DNA from: an uncultured bacterium
Lineage (GTDB): Bacteria > Lernaellota > Lernaellaia > Lernaellales > Lernaellaceae
NCBI GenBank assembly: GCA_964534375.1
Contig: CAZHPN010000001.1
Location: forward strand, 20,516-84,515
Direction of reading: 5' to 3'
DNA: 64,000 nucleotides
In this document: piece after piece, positions 17,176 through 27,531 of the stretch
How positions within the stretch are numbered: the stretch's first letter is position 1
How the letters are laid out: each line of letters starts with the position of its first letter
Notes under the pieces: model-generated
Seen by the model: only the letters and a program-made list of their open reading frames with translations
Told to the model about the DNA's origin: nothing
The model's database searches: none
Position numbers and translations under genes: made by a program

Positions 17176-19485
17176 CTACGCCTTGGCCCGCTTGGTCATA
17201 GTGAAGATATTTTTTCCGTTCGATCGCTTGTAGCCGACGTCGTCCATCATTTTCCGGGTCAAATACACGCCGAGTCCGCCGACCCGCCGCTCGTCCAGCG
17301 GCGCATGCACGTCCGCCGCCGCGACATCGAGCGGATTGAACGGCCGGCCGTCGTCTTCCACTCGGATGTGCAATTCCCCGCCGGGGCCAGTCGCCAGGCG
17401 CACGTCGATGAAATGCTCCGCGCCGTCGGCGAAACCGTAGCGAATGATATTGCTCAAAATTTCTTCGAGGGCCAGCGTCGCCGCCGTTGTCACGTCTTTC
17501 GACAAGCCGCGTTCCCGCCCGAAGGCGCTCAGCAAGTCGTGCAGTTTCTCGGTTTCGTCCAGACGATTCGCGAAGCGGAGCGCGACATCCGCTCGCGCGC
17601 GACCCGTGAAAGTCAGCGCCAGCGCCGTGATGTCGTCGCTTTGCTCGGCGCCGCCGGTGAACCGCCGCACCTCTTCGAACGAGCCGGCGATGATGTCCGC
17701 CGGCGACGAACGCGCCAGCTTCCCGAGCGCCGCTTCCAGCCGGCCGGCGGCGTACATCTCTTGCTGGACGTCGGTCGCCTCGGTGATGCCGTCCGTATAG
17801 AGAAAGAGCGAGTCGCCGGCGCGCAGGCGGATCGTCCGCGTCGCGTAGGTCGCGCCGGCCAGCACCCCCAGCGCGATCTGCGGCTCGCTTTTCTGCACGG
17901 CAACGGCGCCGTCGCGGGTCAGCAGATACGGCCGGTTGTGGCCGGCATTGGCATATTGGATTTCGCCCGTGTCGACGTTCAGCAAGCCGTAAATCACCGT
18001 GACGAACATCTGCATTTCGTTTTCGCGCAGCAAGAGCGCGTTGACGTGGCTAAGGCAATCGCCGGGCGAAGAGCCGCCGCGGGCGACCGCCGCCAACAAC
18101 GTGCGACAGATGGCCATGAACAGCGCGGCGGGGACGCCCTTGCCCGAAACGTCGCCGATGACGAAACCGATCCGGTCGTCGCCGAGCGGAAAGAAATCGT
18201 AAAAATCGCCGCCGACCTCCCGGGCCGGGACGGAATGGGCGAAAATCTCGAAGCCCGTGGCCGTCGAAAAAGTTTGAAAGTCGCGGGGCAAGATGGATTG
18301 TTGGATGCGGAAGGCGACATCCAGTTCGCTGGCAATTCGCTCCCTCTCGGCCGTGGATTTCTGGAGCGCCGCCATATGATAACGCAGATCGTGAACCATC
18401 TTGTTGAACGCGAGCGTCAACTCGGCCACTTCGTCGGCGGACCGCGCCGGCGGAAGCTGGAAATCGAGATCGCCGCCGGCGACCTTGCGCGCCGCCGTCG
18501 CCAAGTCGACGATCGGCCGCGCGATCGATCGCGAAACCAACGCCACGATCAACAGCAACGTCAGCAGCCCGGCCAGGCCCAATCGGACGGCGGTTCCCTC
18601 GAACGCGTACACGCGGGACATGACCTCCAGGAACGGGTAGACGATCGCGAGCGACAAATTCGCCGAACGAATCGGATAGTAGACGATCCACGAGCGTTTC
18701 CGATGGAGCGGGTCGCTGCGGTCGATGAACCCGGACGCGGCCGACGTCATGCGCTCGGCCAACTCGGGAGCGAGTTCTCCCAGCCGCTGCCGCATGATCA
18801 GCGACGCGTCGGGGTAGGAAATGAAACTCCCGTTCTTGCTGACAATGAACGCATATCCGGTTTGCAGGACGCGGATCCCGTTGACTTCCCGCGCGAGGTC
18901 GGCGAGGCAGATGTCGACCGTCGCCACGCCGATCAGCCGCCCGGCGCGGAAAATCGGCGCCGAGTACGTAATCATGATCGTCTCGCCGCCGCCGGTGTCG
19001 AAATACGGTTCGCTCCAGGCCGGCTTTCCCGTCTGCTTCGGAATCTTGTACCAGTCCCAGGCGAAATAATTGTACTGCTCGGTCCCAAGCTGGACGAAAA
19101 CGAGTTCGCGGCCTTTGGCGTAAAAGTAGGGGGCGAACAAAGCGCGGCCCGGTGCGAACGCCTCGGGCTCGAAGGCGATGCAGGTCCCATAAATTTCGGG
19201 ATTGTTTTGAATCACGCCCTTCATATATTCCGTCAGTTCGCTTTCGTCGTAGAACGGGTGCACCGACATGTGGAGGGCGATCATCCCCGCGATTTTTTCC
19301 GCCTGGCCGAAGCGGCCATCGTATTTTTCCGTGTAGAATTGGGCGAGATTCTTCGATTCGTTCTCGATGCCGCGAATCACTTCCTGCTTGCTGTAATAGG
19401 AGCCGGCCCACAACACGCCCAGGAACAGGATCATGGTGCTGCCCCAGATCCGGATCAGCATTTTCGTGCCCAGGGTGCGTTTCAT
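17176..19485 (-). CDS. Cache-HAMP sensor with SpoIIE (PP2C) phosphatase and C-terminal RsbW-like kinase domain
   Basis: Two TMs around a dCache domain (WDWY, WSEPYFD); HAMP; AREVGGDFYD, GDVSGKGVPAALFM, YTDGITEA, DDIT; EEILSNIIRYG, DDGRPFNP, GGLGVYL. Confidence 0.95.
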   Translation of the reverse strand: MKRTLGTKMLIRIWGSTMILFLGVLWAGSYYSKQEVIRGIENESKNLAQFYTEKYDGRFGQAEKIAGMIALHMSVHPFYDESELTEYMKGVIQNNPEIYGTCIAFEPEAFAPGRALFAPYFYAKGRELVFVQLGTEQYNYFAWDWYKIPKQTGKPAWSEPYFDTGGGETIMITYSAPIFRAGRLIGVATVDICLADLAREVNGIRVLQTGYAFIVSKNGSFISYPDASLIMRQRLGELAPELAERMTSAASGFIDRSDPLHRKRSWIVYYPIRSANLSLAIVYPFLEVMSRVYAFEGTAVRLGLAGLLTLLLIVALVSRSIARPIVDLATAARKVAGGDLDFQLPPARSADEVAELTLAFNKMVHDLRYHMAALQKSTAERERIASELDVAFRIQQSILPRDFQTFSTATGFEIFAHSVPAREVGGDFYDFFPLGDDRIGFVIGDVSGKGVPAALFMAICRTLLAAVARGGSSPGDCLSHVNALLLRENEMQMFVTVIYGLLNVDTGEIQYANAGHNRPYLLTRDGAVAVQKSEPQIALGVLAGATYATRTIRLRAGDSLFLYTDGITEATDVQQEMYAAGRLEAALGKLARSSPADIIAGSFEEVRRFTGGAEQSDDITALALTFTGRARADVALRFANRLDETEKLHDLLSAFGRERGLSKDVTTAATLALEEILSNIIRYGFADGAEHFIDVRLATGPGGELHIRVEDDGRPFNPLDVAAADVHAPLDERRVGGLGVYLTRKMMDDVGYKRSNGKNIFTMTKRAKA

Positions 19486-19513
19486 CGGTCACCAAATCGC
19501 GTCAAGTTCGCGA

Positions 19514-20318
19514 TCAATGGTCGAAGTGCAGGTGAACCCGGCATCGTCGCCTTCGTTCTTTACCTCGACGCGATCCGCGTATTGGCGGATCAAAAATGAC
19601 GAGAGCTTCGTCACGGCGCCGTCGTCCTCGAGCAGCGTCAGGGGATCGGGCCGTCCCCCAGCCAGAAAAAGGGGTTGCCCATTGTATAGCACGAACACGT
19701 CCAAATCGAACTCGTCGAATAGGCCGTCACGGAAATTCGGCCTGTCGATCCGCCGGCGGAGAATATTGTTTCCACCGTCTCGCCCAGCGCGACGGTCGCC
19801 CGTTGCACGATATCGCGCCGCGCGCCCCACGCCGCGCCGCGGGCGGATAGAAAATCGGCCGCCTTTTTCGAAAAGTTCGGTTCGCGCGAGAGCAGCGCCT
19901 CGAAAAAGCCCGCCAGGATCGTCATGCCGTACACCAACGGCAGGCCGCCGAGTTGCGCCGCCTGAATCGAGACCGGCACGAACGAAGGGTCCGTCGACTC
20001 CGGGCAGAGGCGCCCCGAGCCGATGAAGCGATTTCGCAGGGCCTGAAAAATCGTGCCGACGCCGCCGGCCAGCATCGAAAGGCTGATCAGCCGCTGCGCC
20101 GCCTCCGGTGAAGCCCCGGCCGCGTGCGCCACCAGCACCGGAAACATCAGCCCGACGGACATCAGAAAAACGTGCGGCAATCCCAAGAGCAGCGTCATCG
20201 CCAACGGCGGACGTTCGTCGACCCCAACGACGAGATTTTCGGGCTTTTTCGGGGGTTTCCTTGCGGCGGCCCCGGACGTTGAGACCGCTTGGGCGGCGCC
20301 GGCATCTGAGTTCTTCAA
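19514..20318 (-). pseudogene. Decayed NCS2 (xanthine/uracil permease) gene with C-terminal extension
   Basis: NCS2 N-terminus GVDERPPL...GVGTIFQAL breaks off after LAGFFEALLSR. The C-terminal domain is split over frames near 19719 and near 19540 (…FDEFDLDV…; …VHLHFDH*). Confidence 0.8.
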
Positions 20319-20567
20319 TTAGCCTTCCTTGGATAACCAATTTTGCAAAAAGCGCGGGAGGTGTCAACGGAAACCGTCGGCCCGGCGCGTGGCGCCAACC
20401 GCGCGACGCAGGCCGGTGCGGCCCGATCCTGGCCCTCTTACGATGGGCAGCGCGACCCGTTATAATGCGGCGGTGCAAGCCGTTTGGCGAGGATTCGATC
20501 GTTGTATGAGATTTGAGCGCACGTTGCCTCGCGACGTGCGACGCCTGCGTTATCGGCCTCCGGAGGC

Positions 20568-23500
20568 TTGATGGAAGACAAAGCGACCGGCGCACTCGAC
20601 CGCAAAGAGGTCATCGCACAAGCCAGGACCGGACGGCTGGAAGGCGCCAGTTTGGCCAATATCAAATTGGCCAAAGCCGATCTTTCCGCAGGGAACTTGC
20701 GGAAGATCCAGGCGGCCGGGGTCAATTTCCGCAGGGCCGTGTTCCGTGGGGCCGACCTGTCGGGCGCAAACCTCGCCGGCGCCGACTTGCAAGAGGCGGA
20801 CTTCACCGGCGCCGATCTGTCGGGCGCGATCCTCACCGACGCCAAGGTCAATCAAGCCAATTTCACTGGCGCCAAACTGGTCGGGGCCCAGGCCGGCAAG
20901 GCCGTGTTCGACAAAGCCGTTTTTCGCAACGCCGACCTCGCCGACGCCGATTTGTCCGGGGCCTTGTTGCGCACGTGCCGGATCGAGGCGAGTTCGCTCG
21001 TGCGGGCCAGGTTGGTCGACGCGGACGCCGCCGAATCGACCGTCGCCGACGTCGACCTGAGCGGCGCCGATGCACGGGAAGCAACGTTTCGCGAATGCCG
21101 CTTCGAGCGCGTCAAGGCGGCGGACTTGTCCGGACCGCGCGCCGATTTTTCCTTCGCCGAACTCAAAACCGTTGATTTTTCGCACGCCCATCTGCCCAAC
21201 GCCCGATTCTTCGGCGCGATCCTGAAAAACGTCGATTTCAACGGCGCGACCCTGACCGAGACGCTCTTCAAACGTTCGCAGCACCGGGCCGTGAATTTTC
21301 AAAACGCCGACCTGAAAAACGCCCTGCTGAAAGGCGTGTACGGCTTCCGCGAGAAGGATCTGCTGGCCTTGCAAGAACAAGGCGCGCTGATCGATCTGTT
21401 TTTGTTCCGCCGCTTCTTGCGTTTGTTGTGGCGAAGTCTGTTGGTGAAAATCGTCGTCGGCGCCGCCCTGGCCGCGACGGTCTTCGCCGCGTATCGCTTT
21501 TTCACCAATCCCTATAACTGGTCGTACGAGGCCCTTCGCGACCGGGCGCAAAAGCTCTACCAAAAAGGCGATTACGCGCGGGGCGAGCAGATCGACCGCG
21601 TGATCATTCAAAAGTATGCGCGCGACCGCAACCACGTCGCCGACGCGCGGCTGGCGATCGCCGACAGTTACCGCGCCCGGCGCCAATTCGACACGGCCCT
21701 GACGCTGTATCAGGAAATCGCGGCCACGTACGAAGGCGATCGCGAGGCGTCGCGGGCGCTGGAATCCATGGCCGCCGTTTACCAACAGACCGAGCAAACC
21801 GAAAAAGCCCGCGCGGCGCTCGAGCGACTGCGCGAGACCGAAGCCGGCAACCCCGATGCGGAAGCGAACGCCGAATTCGGCCTCGCCGAGTTGCTGAAAA
21901 AAGAACGGCGCAACGAGGAGGCGCTCGCCAAGTATCAGGCCATTTTCGAAAAATTCCGTTTCGATCCGGTCGCCGGCGATCGCGCGCTGCTCGAAACGAT
22001 CGGCCTGCTTTGCCAATTCGATCGCCTCGACGAGGCGGAAGCCGCCCTCGCGCGCCTGGAAAATTACGACGCCAGTCCGACCGGGCAGGCGACCCGCGTG
22101 CGCGGCGCCATGTTGATTGCCGAATTGCTGCACCGGCGCGGCGACCTCGCCGAGGCGGAGAAGCGCTACCGGGCGATCTTCGACGCGTACAAGGATTTCC
22201 AAAAATCGCGCGACGCCGGCACGAGATTGGTCGAAATTTACCAAGGGCAAGGGCGGATCGAGGAGGCGGACGCGCAACTCGTCGAGATGCTGAAGCGCGC
22301 GACCGGCGACGACGCCCGCGAGGACCTGGTGCTGGCGCAAGCCCGGCTGTTCGCCGCCACCAAACGTCCCGACAAGGCGATCGCGCTGCTGGCCGCGAAA
22401 CTGCCCGCGTTCAAGGATCGCGGCCGCTTGTTCGACGGCGAGTTGTCGCTGCTGCAAATGCAGTCGGAGAAAGGCGACCTGTCCGCGACGGAGAAGACGT
22501 ACGACGCGCTCGTCGGCAAATTCAGCGGCGACGCCGATCGCCTCATGGAAACCAAAGCTGCGATGAGCCGGATCTACGCCGCCAAAGGCCAGGCCGAAAA
22601 GGCGCAGGCCCTCCTGCGCGACATCATCGCCCATGCGGCGCGCCCGGAGCAGGCCGCCGCCGCCAAGCTCGAGTTGGCGGACCAATACCACCACGACGGC
22701 GCGCGCGATAAAGCCGAGCATCTGTACCGCGAATTATATGACGCCAGGTCGACCGATGCCGGGGCCGCCTTGCTGGCCGGTCTGGCGTTGGTGGAAGACC
22801 AGACGGCGCAGAAAAAGTACGCGGAGGCCGAAGCCCAACTCGCGGAGATGGAGACGCGCTGGCCCGCCGGCAACCCCGACCATTCCCTGATCCTGCTGCG
22901 GCGGATCAGCGTGCTGCAACGCGCCGGAAAATACGACGAGGCCATCGCTCGCTTGTTGCAATTGGCGCCGCAACTGACCGAGGCCGATAAGCGGCGCGAT
23001 GCGAACTTTCTCTTGTTGTCGCTCTACATCGCCGCGAAAAATCCCGCGGGCGCCGAGCAGACCTGGGCGCGCATCCACGCCGAGTCCGCCGCGCCCGCCG
23101 ATGCCGCCCTGCGCGCCGATACGATGATGGCGCAGTTCTACTCGGCGCTGGGCCTTCACGACAAGGCCGAGGCGCTGTACCGCGACGTCGTCGCCAAGTC
23201 GCCCGATTCGGCAATCGCGATGCAGGCGCAACTCGACCTCGCCGGTCAATGCCGGCAGGCGGGCGACGTCGGCCGCGCGGAGCAAATTTATCGCGACATC
23301 ATTACCCAGGCGATCGATCCGATCGTGGCGCTTTCGGCGGGAACCACGCTCGCGGACTTGCTGGCCGAGCAGCGCTCGTTCGACGAAGCGCAACAGATCC
23401 TCGAGACGTTGCGCCTGAAATGGGTCGCCGACGACGCCCATCGCGACGACCTGACGGTGCGCGAGGTCCGGGTGTATCAGCGGGCCGGCAAGCCCGAGGC

Positions 23501-25388
23501 CGCCGCGGCCCTGCTCGAACGCGAATTGCCGAATTTTCGCGATCCCCGGCGAACAGCCGACGCCATCTGCCTGTTGCTCGACATCTTCGTCGCCGTCGGC
23601 GACGTCAAGCGGGCCGAAGACAGCTACCAGGTCGCGGCAAAAATGTTGAGCGGCCGTCCCGACCAACTCGCGCTCGCCAAGTTCCAACTCGGCCGGTTTT
23701 ACGCGAGCAAGGACCTGGCCGAGAAGGCGATGGCGACCTTCTCCGAGGTGATCGCCCAACATGCGCCGGACGAAATCGAGGCGCGCGCCAAAACCGAATT
23801 GGCCGCCCTGCACTATCGGCGCGGCGAACTGGCCGACGCCGAGAAGATCGACCGCGAACTCGCGGACACCTTGCGCGATCCGGTGCACGCCTTCGCCGCC
23901 GCGGGCGCCGTCGCCGACATTCTGGCCGATGAGGGCAAATTCGGCGAAGCGGACAAACAACTCGAGGCGATGCTGAAGAAATTCGGCGCGCGGACGGATC
24001 TGCGCGCGCAGGTTTTCTTCCGCCGGGTGCAATTCTATCGGCGCCAGGGCCGGAACGCCGAGGCGATCGCCACCCTGCGCCAAGGCATCTCCTTGTTGGA
24101 CGATCCACGCAAGGTCGCCGACGCCAACGTCATGCTCATGGAGTTATGCGGCGCCCAAGGCGACATCAAAGCCGCCGAAGAAGCCTTCAACCAGGTCGCC
24201 AACACCGCGGGCGACGACCCGGGTCGCCTCCGGCGTCTGAAGTTGTTGCTCGCGCGCATGTACGTGGAACACCAGCAACCCGCCAAAGGGGTGGCGCTGT
24301 ACAAGGAGCTGTATGAACGGCCGCCGCACGATGAGGTCGCGGCGCAGGCCAGGCTCAGCCTAGCCGCCGAATTCCGTCGGCGCGGCGACTTGGCGGCGGC
24401 GGAAAAGCTGCTGCGCGAGTTGCTCGCGGATAAGAACACCGGTTCCCTGACCGTCGCCGCGGGCGGCGTGCTCGCGGATATGTTGACGGAGAGCCGGCGC
24501 CTCGACGACGCCGATGCCGTGCTCGTCGATCTGCTGAAGCGGCCTGGCGTCACGCCCAATGACCGGGCGGACATCGTCTTGTGGCGCGCCCGTTTGTTCC
24601 AGCGGCGAGAAAAAGACCAGGCCGCGGTCGCCCTGGTCAACGAAGAGCTCCCGCGGATCGCCGACGCCAAAAAAAAGGCCGACGCGTACGGCTTCCTGAT
24701 GGACATCTACCGCCGTCGCGACGACCTGCCGACCCTCGAGACGCTGTACCGGGCGGCCGCCAAGGATTTGGCCGGCGACGTCGCCCTGCTGTCGTCCATC
24801 AAGATCTTCTTCGGCCAGGTCTGCGTGAGCAAAGAGTTGTTCGCCAAAGCGTTGCCGCTGTTCGAAGAGGTCGCGACGCAGAATCCGCACAACGAAAACG
24901 GCCTTACGGCCCGCCTGGAAATCGCCGGCCTGCAACGGAAAATGGGCGATTCGGCAAAAGCCGAGCAAACCTATCGGGAACTGCTCGACGAGCCGGGCAG
25001 CCCGTCGGCGTCGTTCGCCGCGGGATTGCTTTATTATGACATTCTCCGCGACGGGAAACGTTTCGACGAAGCGGACAAACTGCTGACAACGATGCGCGCC
25101 AAATGGACAAAAAAGGGCCGGGAACGCGATGAGGTCGTGTATCGGCAGGCGCTGTTGTCCCGCCTGATGAACAAGCCGTCGGCCCAGACGGCCGCATTTC
25201 TCGAAGGCGAACTCAAAGAACTGGACGACCGCGGCCATCTCTTCGATTGCTATCTGTTGCTGCTGGACCTTTATCAAACGGCCGGCGACGCGCGGAAGGC
25301 CGAGGCCGCCTACGCCAAGATTCAGGAAGTGTTCGGCGCCGAGCCCGAACGCCTCGCGCGCGCCAAGGAACTGTTCAAACGGCCGTAA
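20568..25388 (+). CDS. Pentapeptide-repeat + single TM + long TPR-repeat protein (1606 aa)
   Basis: A(D/N)Lxx pentapeptide units over about the first 255 aa; hydrophobic LLVKIVVGAALAATVFAAY; about 1280 aa of TPR-like helices. Confidence 0.9.
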   Translation: MMEDKATGALDRKEVIAQARTGRLEGASLANIKLAKADLSAGNLRKIQAAGVNFRRAVFRGADLSGANLAGADLQEADFTGADLSGAILTDAKVNQANFTGAKLVGAQAGKAVFDKAVFRNADLADADLSGALLRTCRIEASSLVRARLVDADAAESTVADVDLSGADAREATFRECRFERVKAADLSGPRADFSFAELKTVDFSHAHLPNARFFGAILKNVDFNGATLTETLFKRSQHRAVNFQNADLKNALLKGVYGFREKDLLALQEQGALIDLFLFRRFLRLLWRSLLVKIVVGAALAATVFAAYRFFTNPYNWSYEALRDRAQKLYQKGDYARGEQIDRVIIQKYARDRNHVADARLAIADSYRARRQFDTALTLYQEIAATYEGDREASRALESMAAVYQQTEQTEKARAALERLRETEAGNPDAEANAEFGLAELLKKERRNEEALAKYQAIFEKFRFDPVAGDRALLETIGLLCQFDRLDEAEAALARLENYDASPTGQATRVRGAMLIAELLHRRGDLAEAEKRYRAIFDAYKDFQKSRDAGTRLVEIYQGQGRIEEADAQLVEMLKRATGDDAREDLVLAQARLFAATKRPDKAIALLAAKLPAFKDRGRLFDGELSLLQMQSEKGDLSATEKTYDALVGKFSGDADRLMETKAAMSRIYAAKGQAEKAQALLRDIIAHAARPEQAAAAKLELADQYHHDGARDKAEHLYRELYDARSTDAGAALLAGLALVEDQTAQKKYAEAEAQLAEMETRWPAGNPDHSLILLRRISVLQRAGKYDEAIARLLQLAPQLTEADKRRDANFLLLSLYIAAKNPAGAEQTWARIHAESAAPADAALRADTMMAQFYSALGLHDKAEALYRDVVAKSPDSAIAMQAQLDLAGQCRQAGDVGRAEQIYRDIITQAIDPIVALSAGTTLADLLAEQRSFDEAQQILETLRLKWVADDAHRDDLTVREVRVYQRAGKPEAAAALLERELPNFRDPRRTADAICLLLDIFVAVGDVKRAEDSYQVAAKMLSGRPDQLALAKFQLGRFYASKDLAEKAMATFSEVIAQHAPDEIEARAKTELAALHYRRGELADAEKIDRELADTLRDPVHAFAAAGAVADILADEGKFGEADKQLEAMLKKFGARTDLRAQVFFRRVQFYRRQGRNAEAIATLRQGISLLDDPRKVADANVMLMELCGAQGDIKAAEEAFNQVANTAGDDPGRLRRLKLLLARMYVEHQQPAKGVALYKELYERPPHDEVAAQARLSLAAEFRRRGDLAAAEKLLRELLADKNTGSLTVAAGGVLADMLTESRRLDDADAVLVDLLKRPGVTPNDRADIVLWRARLFQRREKDQAAVALVNEELPRIADAKKKADAYGFLMDIYRRRDDLPTLETLYRAAAKDLAGDVALLSSIKIFFGQVCVSKELFAKALPLFEEVATQNPHNENGLTARLEIAGLQRKMGDSAKAEQTYRELLDEPGSPSASFAAGLLYYDILRDGKRFDEADKLLTTMRAKWTKKGRERDEVVYRQALLSRLMNKPSAQTAAFLEGELKELDDRGHLFDCYLLLLDLYQTAGDARKAEAAYAKIQEVFGAEPERLARAKELFKRP

Positions 25389-25446
25389 CGCGCCCGGCGG
25401 CGGCGCGTGGCGGCGCCGCGGGCGACCGGCCGGCCGAAGGCTGTCG

Positions 25447-27510
25447 ATGAACGCCGCGCCTCGCTTTTTTTCGGAACGGGTCCTGTGGTCGATCGTCGGC
25501 GCGGCGGGCATGCTCATCTTCGCCGATCGCTTTGTGTTTTACGACTATTACGACGTCGAAATGGCCGTTCACGGCAACTTGGCCCGGGCCTTGGTCGAAG
25601 GCCTGGCGGCCCCCGCCGGTTTTTATCAATACGGCGATCATTCGCACGGTTCGTTGATTTTCGGCCTCCTGCTGGCCCCGTTATTCCGGATCGGCGGCTC
25701 GGCGTTGATCTGGACCAAACTGCTGTCGGCGATTTTGGTCGTGGGCGGCGTGTCGTTCTGGACCATCGCCATCCGCCGCGCGTGCGGCTTGGCGCCGGCC
25801 CTGTTTTTCGCGGCGCTTTTCATCGTGCCGCCGCCGCGGCTCGAGTTCTGGTTGCACACGTCGTACGCGATTCATATGGAGAGCATATTTTTTTCGGGCT
25901 TGCTCGGCCTGCTCTTCACCCGCCGCAACGCGTTCCCTCTCGACCTCTGGCCGGCCGTCGCTGCGGGCCTGATCGCCGGTTTCGCGACGGCGTTCGCCTA
26001 TGAGAATGTCGTGGTGTTCGGCGCGCTGGCGTGCGCCGCTTTCGTCCGGTTCGAAGACAAGAAAGTGTTCGTCGTTCGGTTCCTGCCGGCGATCCTGGCT
26101 TTTCTCATCGGCTTTTCCCCGCATTGGCTCGTGCGTTATCCGTTGTCGTCGCCGTTCTCGCTGGGGCCGCCGGACGCGGCGAAGACCTGGTTTACGGACC
26201 GCTACTATTCGCTCTTCGTCATTCTGTTCCATCGCGCGGCCGGCTATTCCCACGTTGCGTTGACGCGAAGTTTTTTTCTGCTGGCCGTCGCCGGTTTCGC
26301 GCTCGTCGGCTATCGGGCCATCGCCTCGGTGGAATACCGCCGGTCGAAAGCCGGTTTTCTCGGCTGCTTCCTCGCCCTGTACGGCGCGCTGTTCCTCGCG
26401 GTCTACGGCATTTCGCCGTTTTATATGGCGCCGATCCGCGGCTCCGACGAATTTTTCTGCATTCAATATCTGACGATCATCTTTCCTTTTCTTGTCGCGG
26501 CCATCGCGCAATTAATCGCCTTTATTCCCCGCCTGGCCGCCGCGTGCCTGGCCGCCGCCTTTCTCTTCGCCGGCGCCGCGGATATGTGGCATTCGCGTCC
26601 GGCCACCCCGCGCGGCGCGGGCGCCGCGACAAATTCGTTGTTGTTCCGGGGCGACGACTACGACTATCTCATCGAAAAGCTGCCGGAACTGTGGGGCGGG
26701 GATGCGGACTGCGCGTTGTCGTCCGTCTTGCGTCTGCCTCGGAGTTGGCGCTGCGACGGCTTGGCCGCCTTGGCGCGAACGCTCGACAAGAGCGCCGTCG
26801 ACAAATATGTCAACCAGGCCGGCAATCCGACCGACGCCGCGTGCCTCATCAACGGGTTCGGCGCACGGGAGGCGAAAGTTTTCAGCGCTGGCCCAGACCC
26901 GATCTGGCGTGCGCGTCTCGACGAACAATTTCGGGAGGCCCTCGCGCAATATCGGCAAACGGACCCGAAGCAGGCGGCCAACTTCGTCGAAGGCTTGGGT
27001 TTTGGCTTGTTGGGACCGCCGCAAGGCAACGAAGGAACCGATTTCGTCAAATGGCTCGCCGCCGGGTCGGATGACCTGTCGGCGGCGCCGAAAACGAAGG
27101 CCGCCGCCGCAGCGGTCCGCGAGGCGTTCGCGTTCTTCCAAGGCGCAAGCGACGCCGACGCCATGCGCGCCGCCTTGTTTCATGGCCTCGGACGATGGCT
27201 CGGTTGTCCCCACGCAGCGATGTACATCGCCCGAGAAATAGGTCCGGACGACCGGTATCCGTTCGACGATTTCCGCCGTTGGGTCAACCGCGGCCGCCCC
27301 GACGACTTCTCCGCGGACGAAGAAGCGGCCTACTCGCGCGGCGCCGCGGCGGGGTTGGCGCACCGGATCAAGAGCCGCTACCGGGCCTTTGTTCTGCGGC
27401 GGCCGTTCGAGCGGCTCGCGGCGGTCGCGGAGGAACTGGCGAAGGACGGCCTGCTGCTGCAAAAGACGGCGGACCGGCCGGAGAAATACGCCGTCGTCGA
27501 AGCGCCCTGA
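25447..27510 (+). CDS. GT-C-like polytopic membrane protein with C-terminal soluble domain
   Basis: N-terminal TM followed by YDVE..HGNLARAL; many TMs; paralogous to 38634..40691. Confidence 0.7.
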   Translation: MNAAPRFFSERVLWSIVGAAGMLIFADRFVFYDYYDVEMAVHGNLARALVEGLAAPAGFYQYGDHSHGSLIFGLLLAPLFRIGGSALIWTKLLSAILVVGGVSFWTIAIRRACGLAPALFFAALFIVPPPRLEFWLHTSYAIHMESIFFSGLLGLLFTRRNAFPLDLWPAVAAGLIAGFATAFAYENVVVFGALACAAFVRFEDKKVFVVRFLPAILAFLIGFSPHWLVRYPLSSPFSLGPPDAAKTWFTDRYYSLFVILFHRAAGYSHVALTRSFFLLAVAGFALVGYRAIASVEYRRSKAGFLGCFLALYGALFLAVYGISPFYMAPIRGSDEFFCIQYLTIIFPFLVAAIAQLIAFIPRLAAACLAAAFLFAGAADMWHSRPATPRGAGAATNSLLFRGDDYDYLIEKLPELWGGDADCALSSVLRLPRSWRCDGLAALARTLDKSAVDKYVNQAGNPTDAACLINGFGAREAKVFSAGPDPIWRARLDEQFREALAQYRQTDPKQAANFVEGLGFGLLGPPQGNEGTDFVKWLAAGSDDLSAAPKTKAAAAAVREAFAFFQGASDADAMRAALFHGLGRWLGCPHAAMYIAREIGPDDRYPFDDFRRWVNRGRPDDFSADEEAAYSRGAAAGLAHRIKSRYRAFVLRRPFERLAAVAEELAKDGLLLQKTADRPEKYAVVEAP

Positions 27511-27531
27511 ACGCCGGATCGCCGCCGGCGC

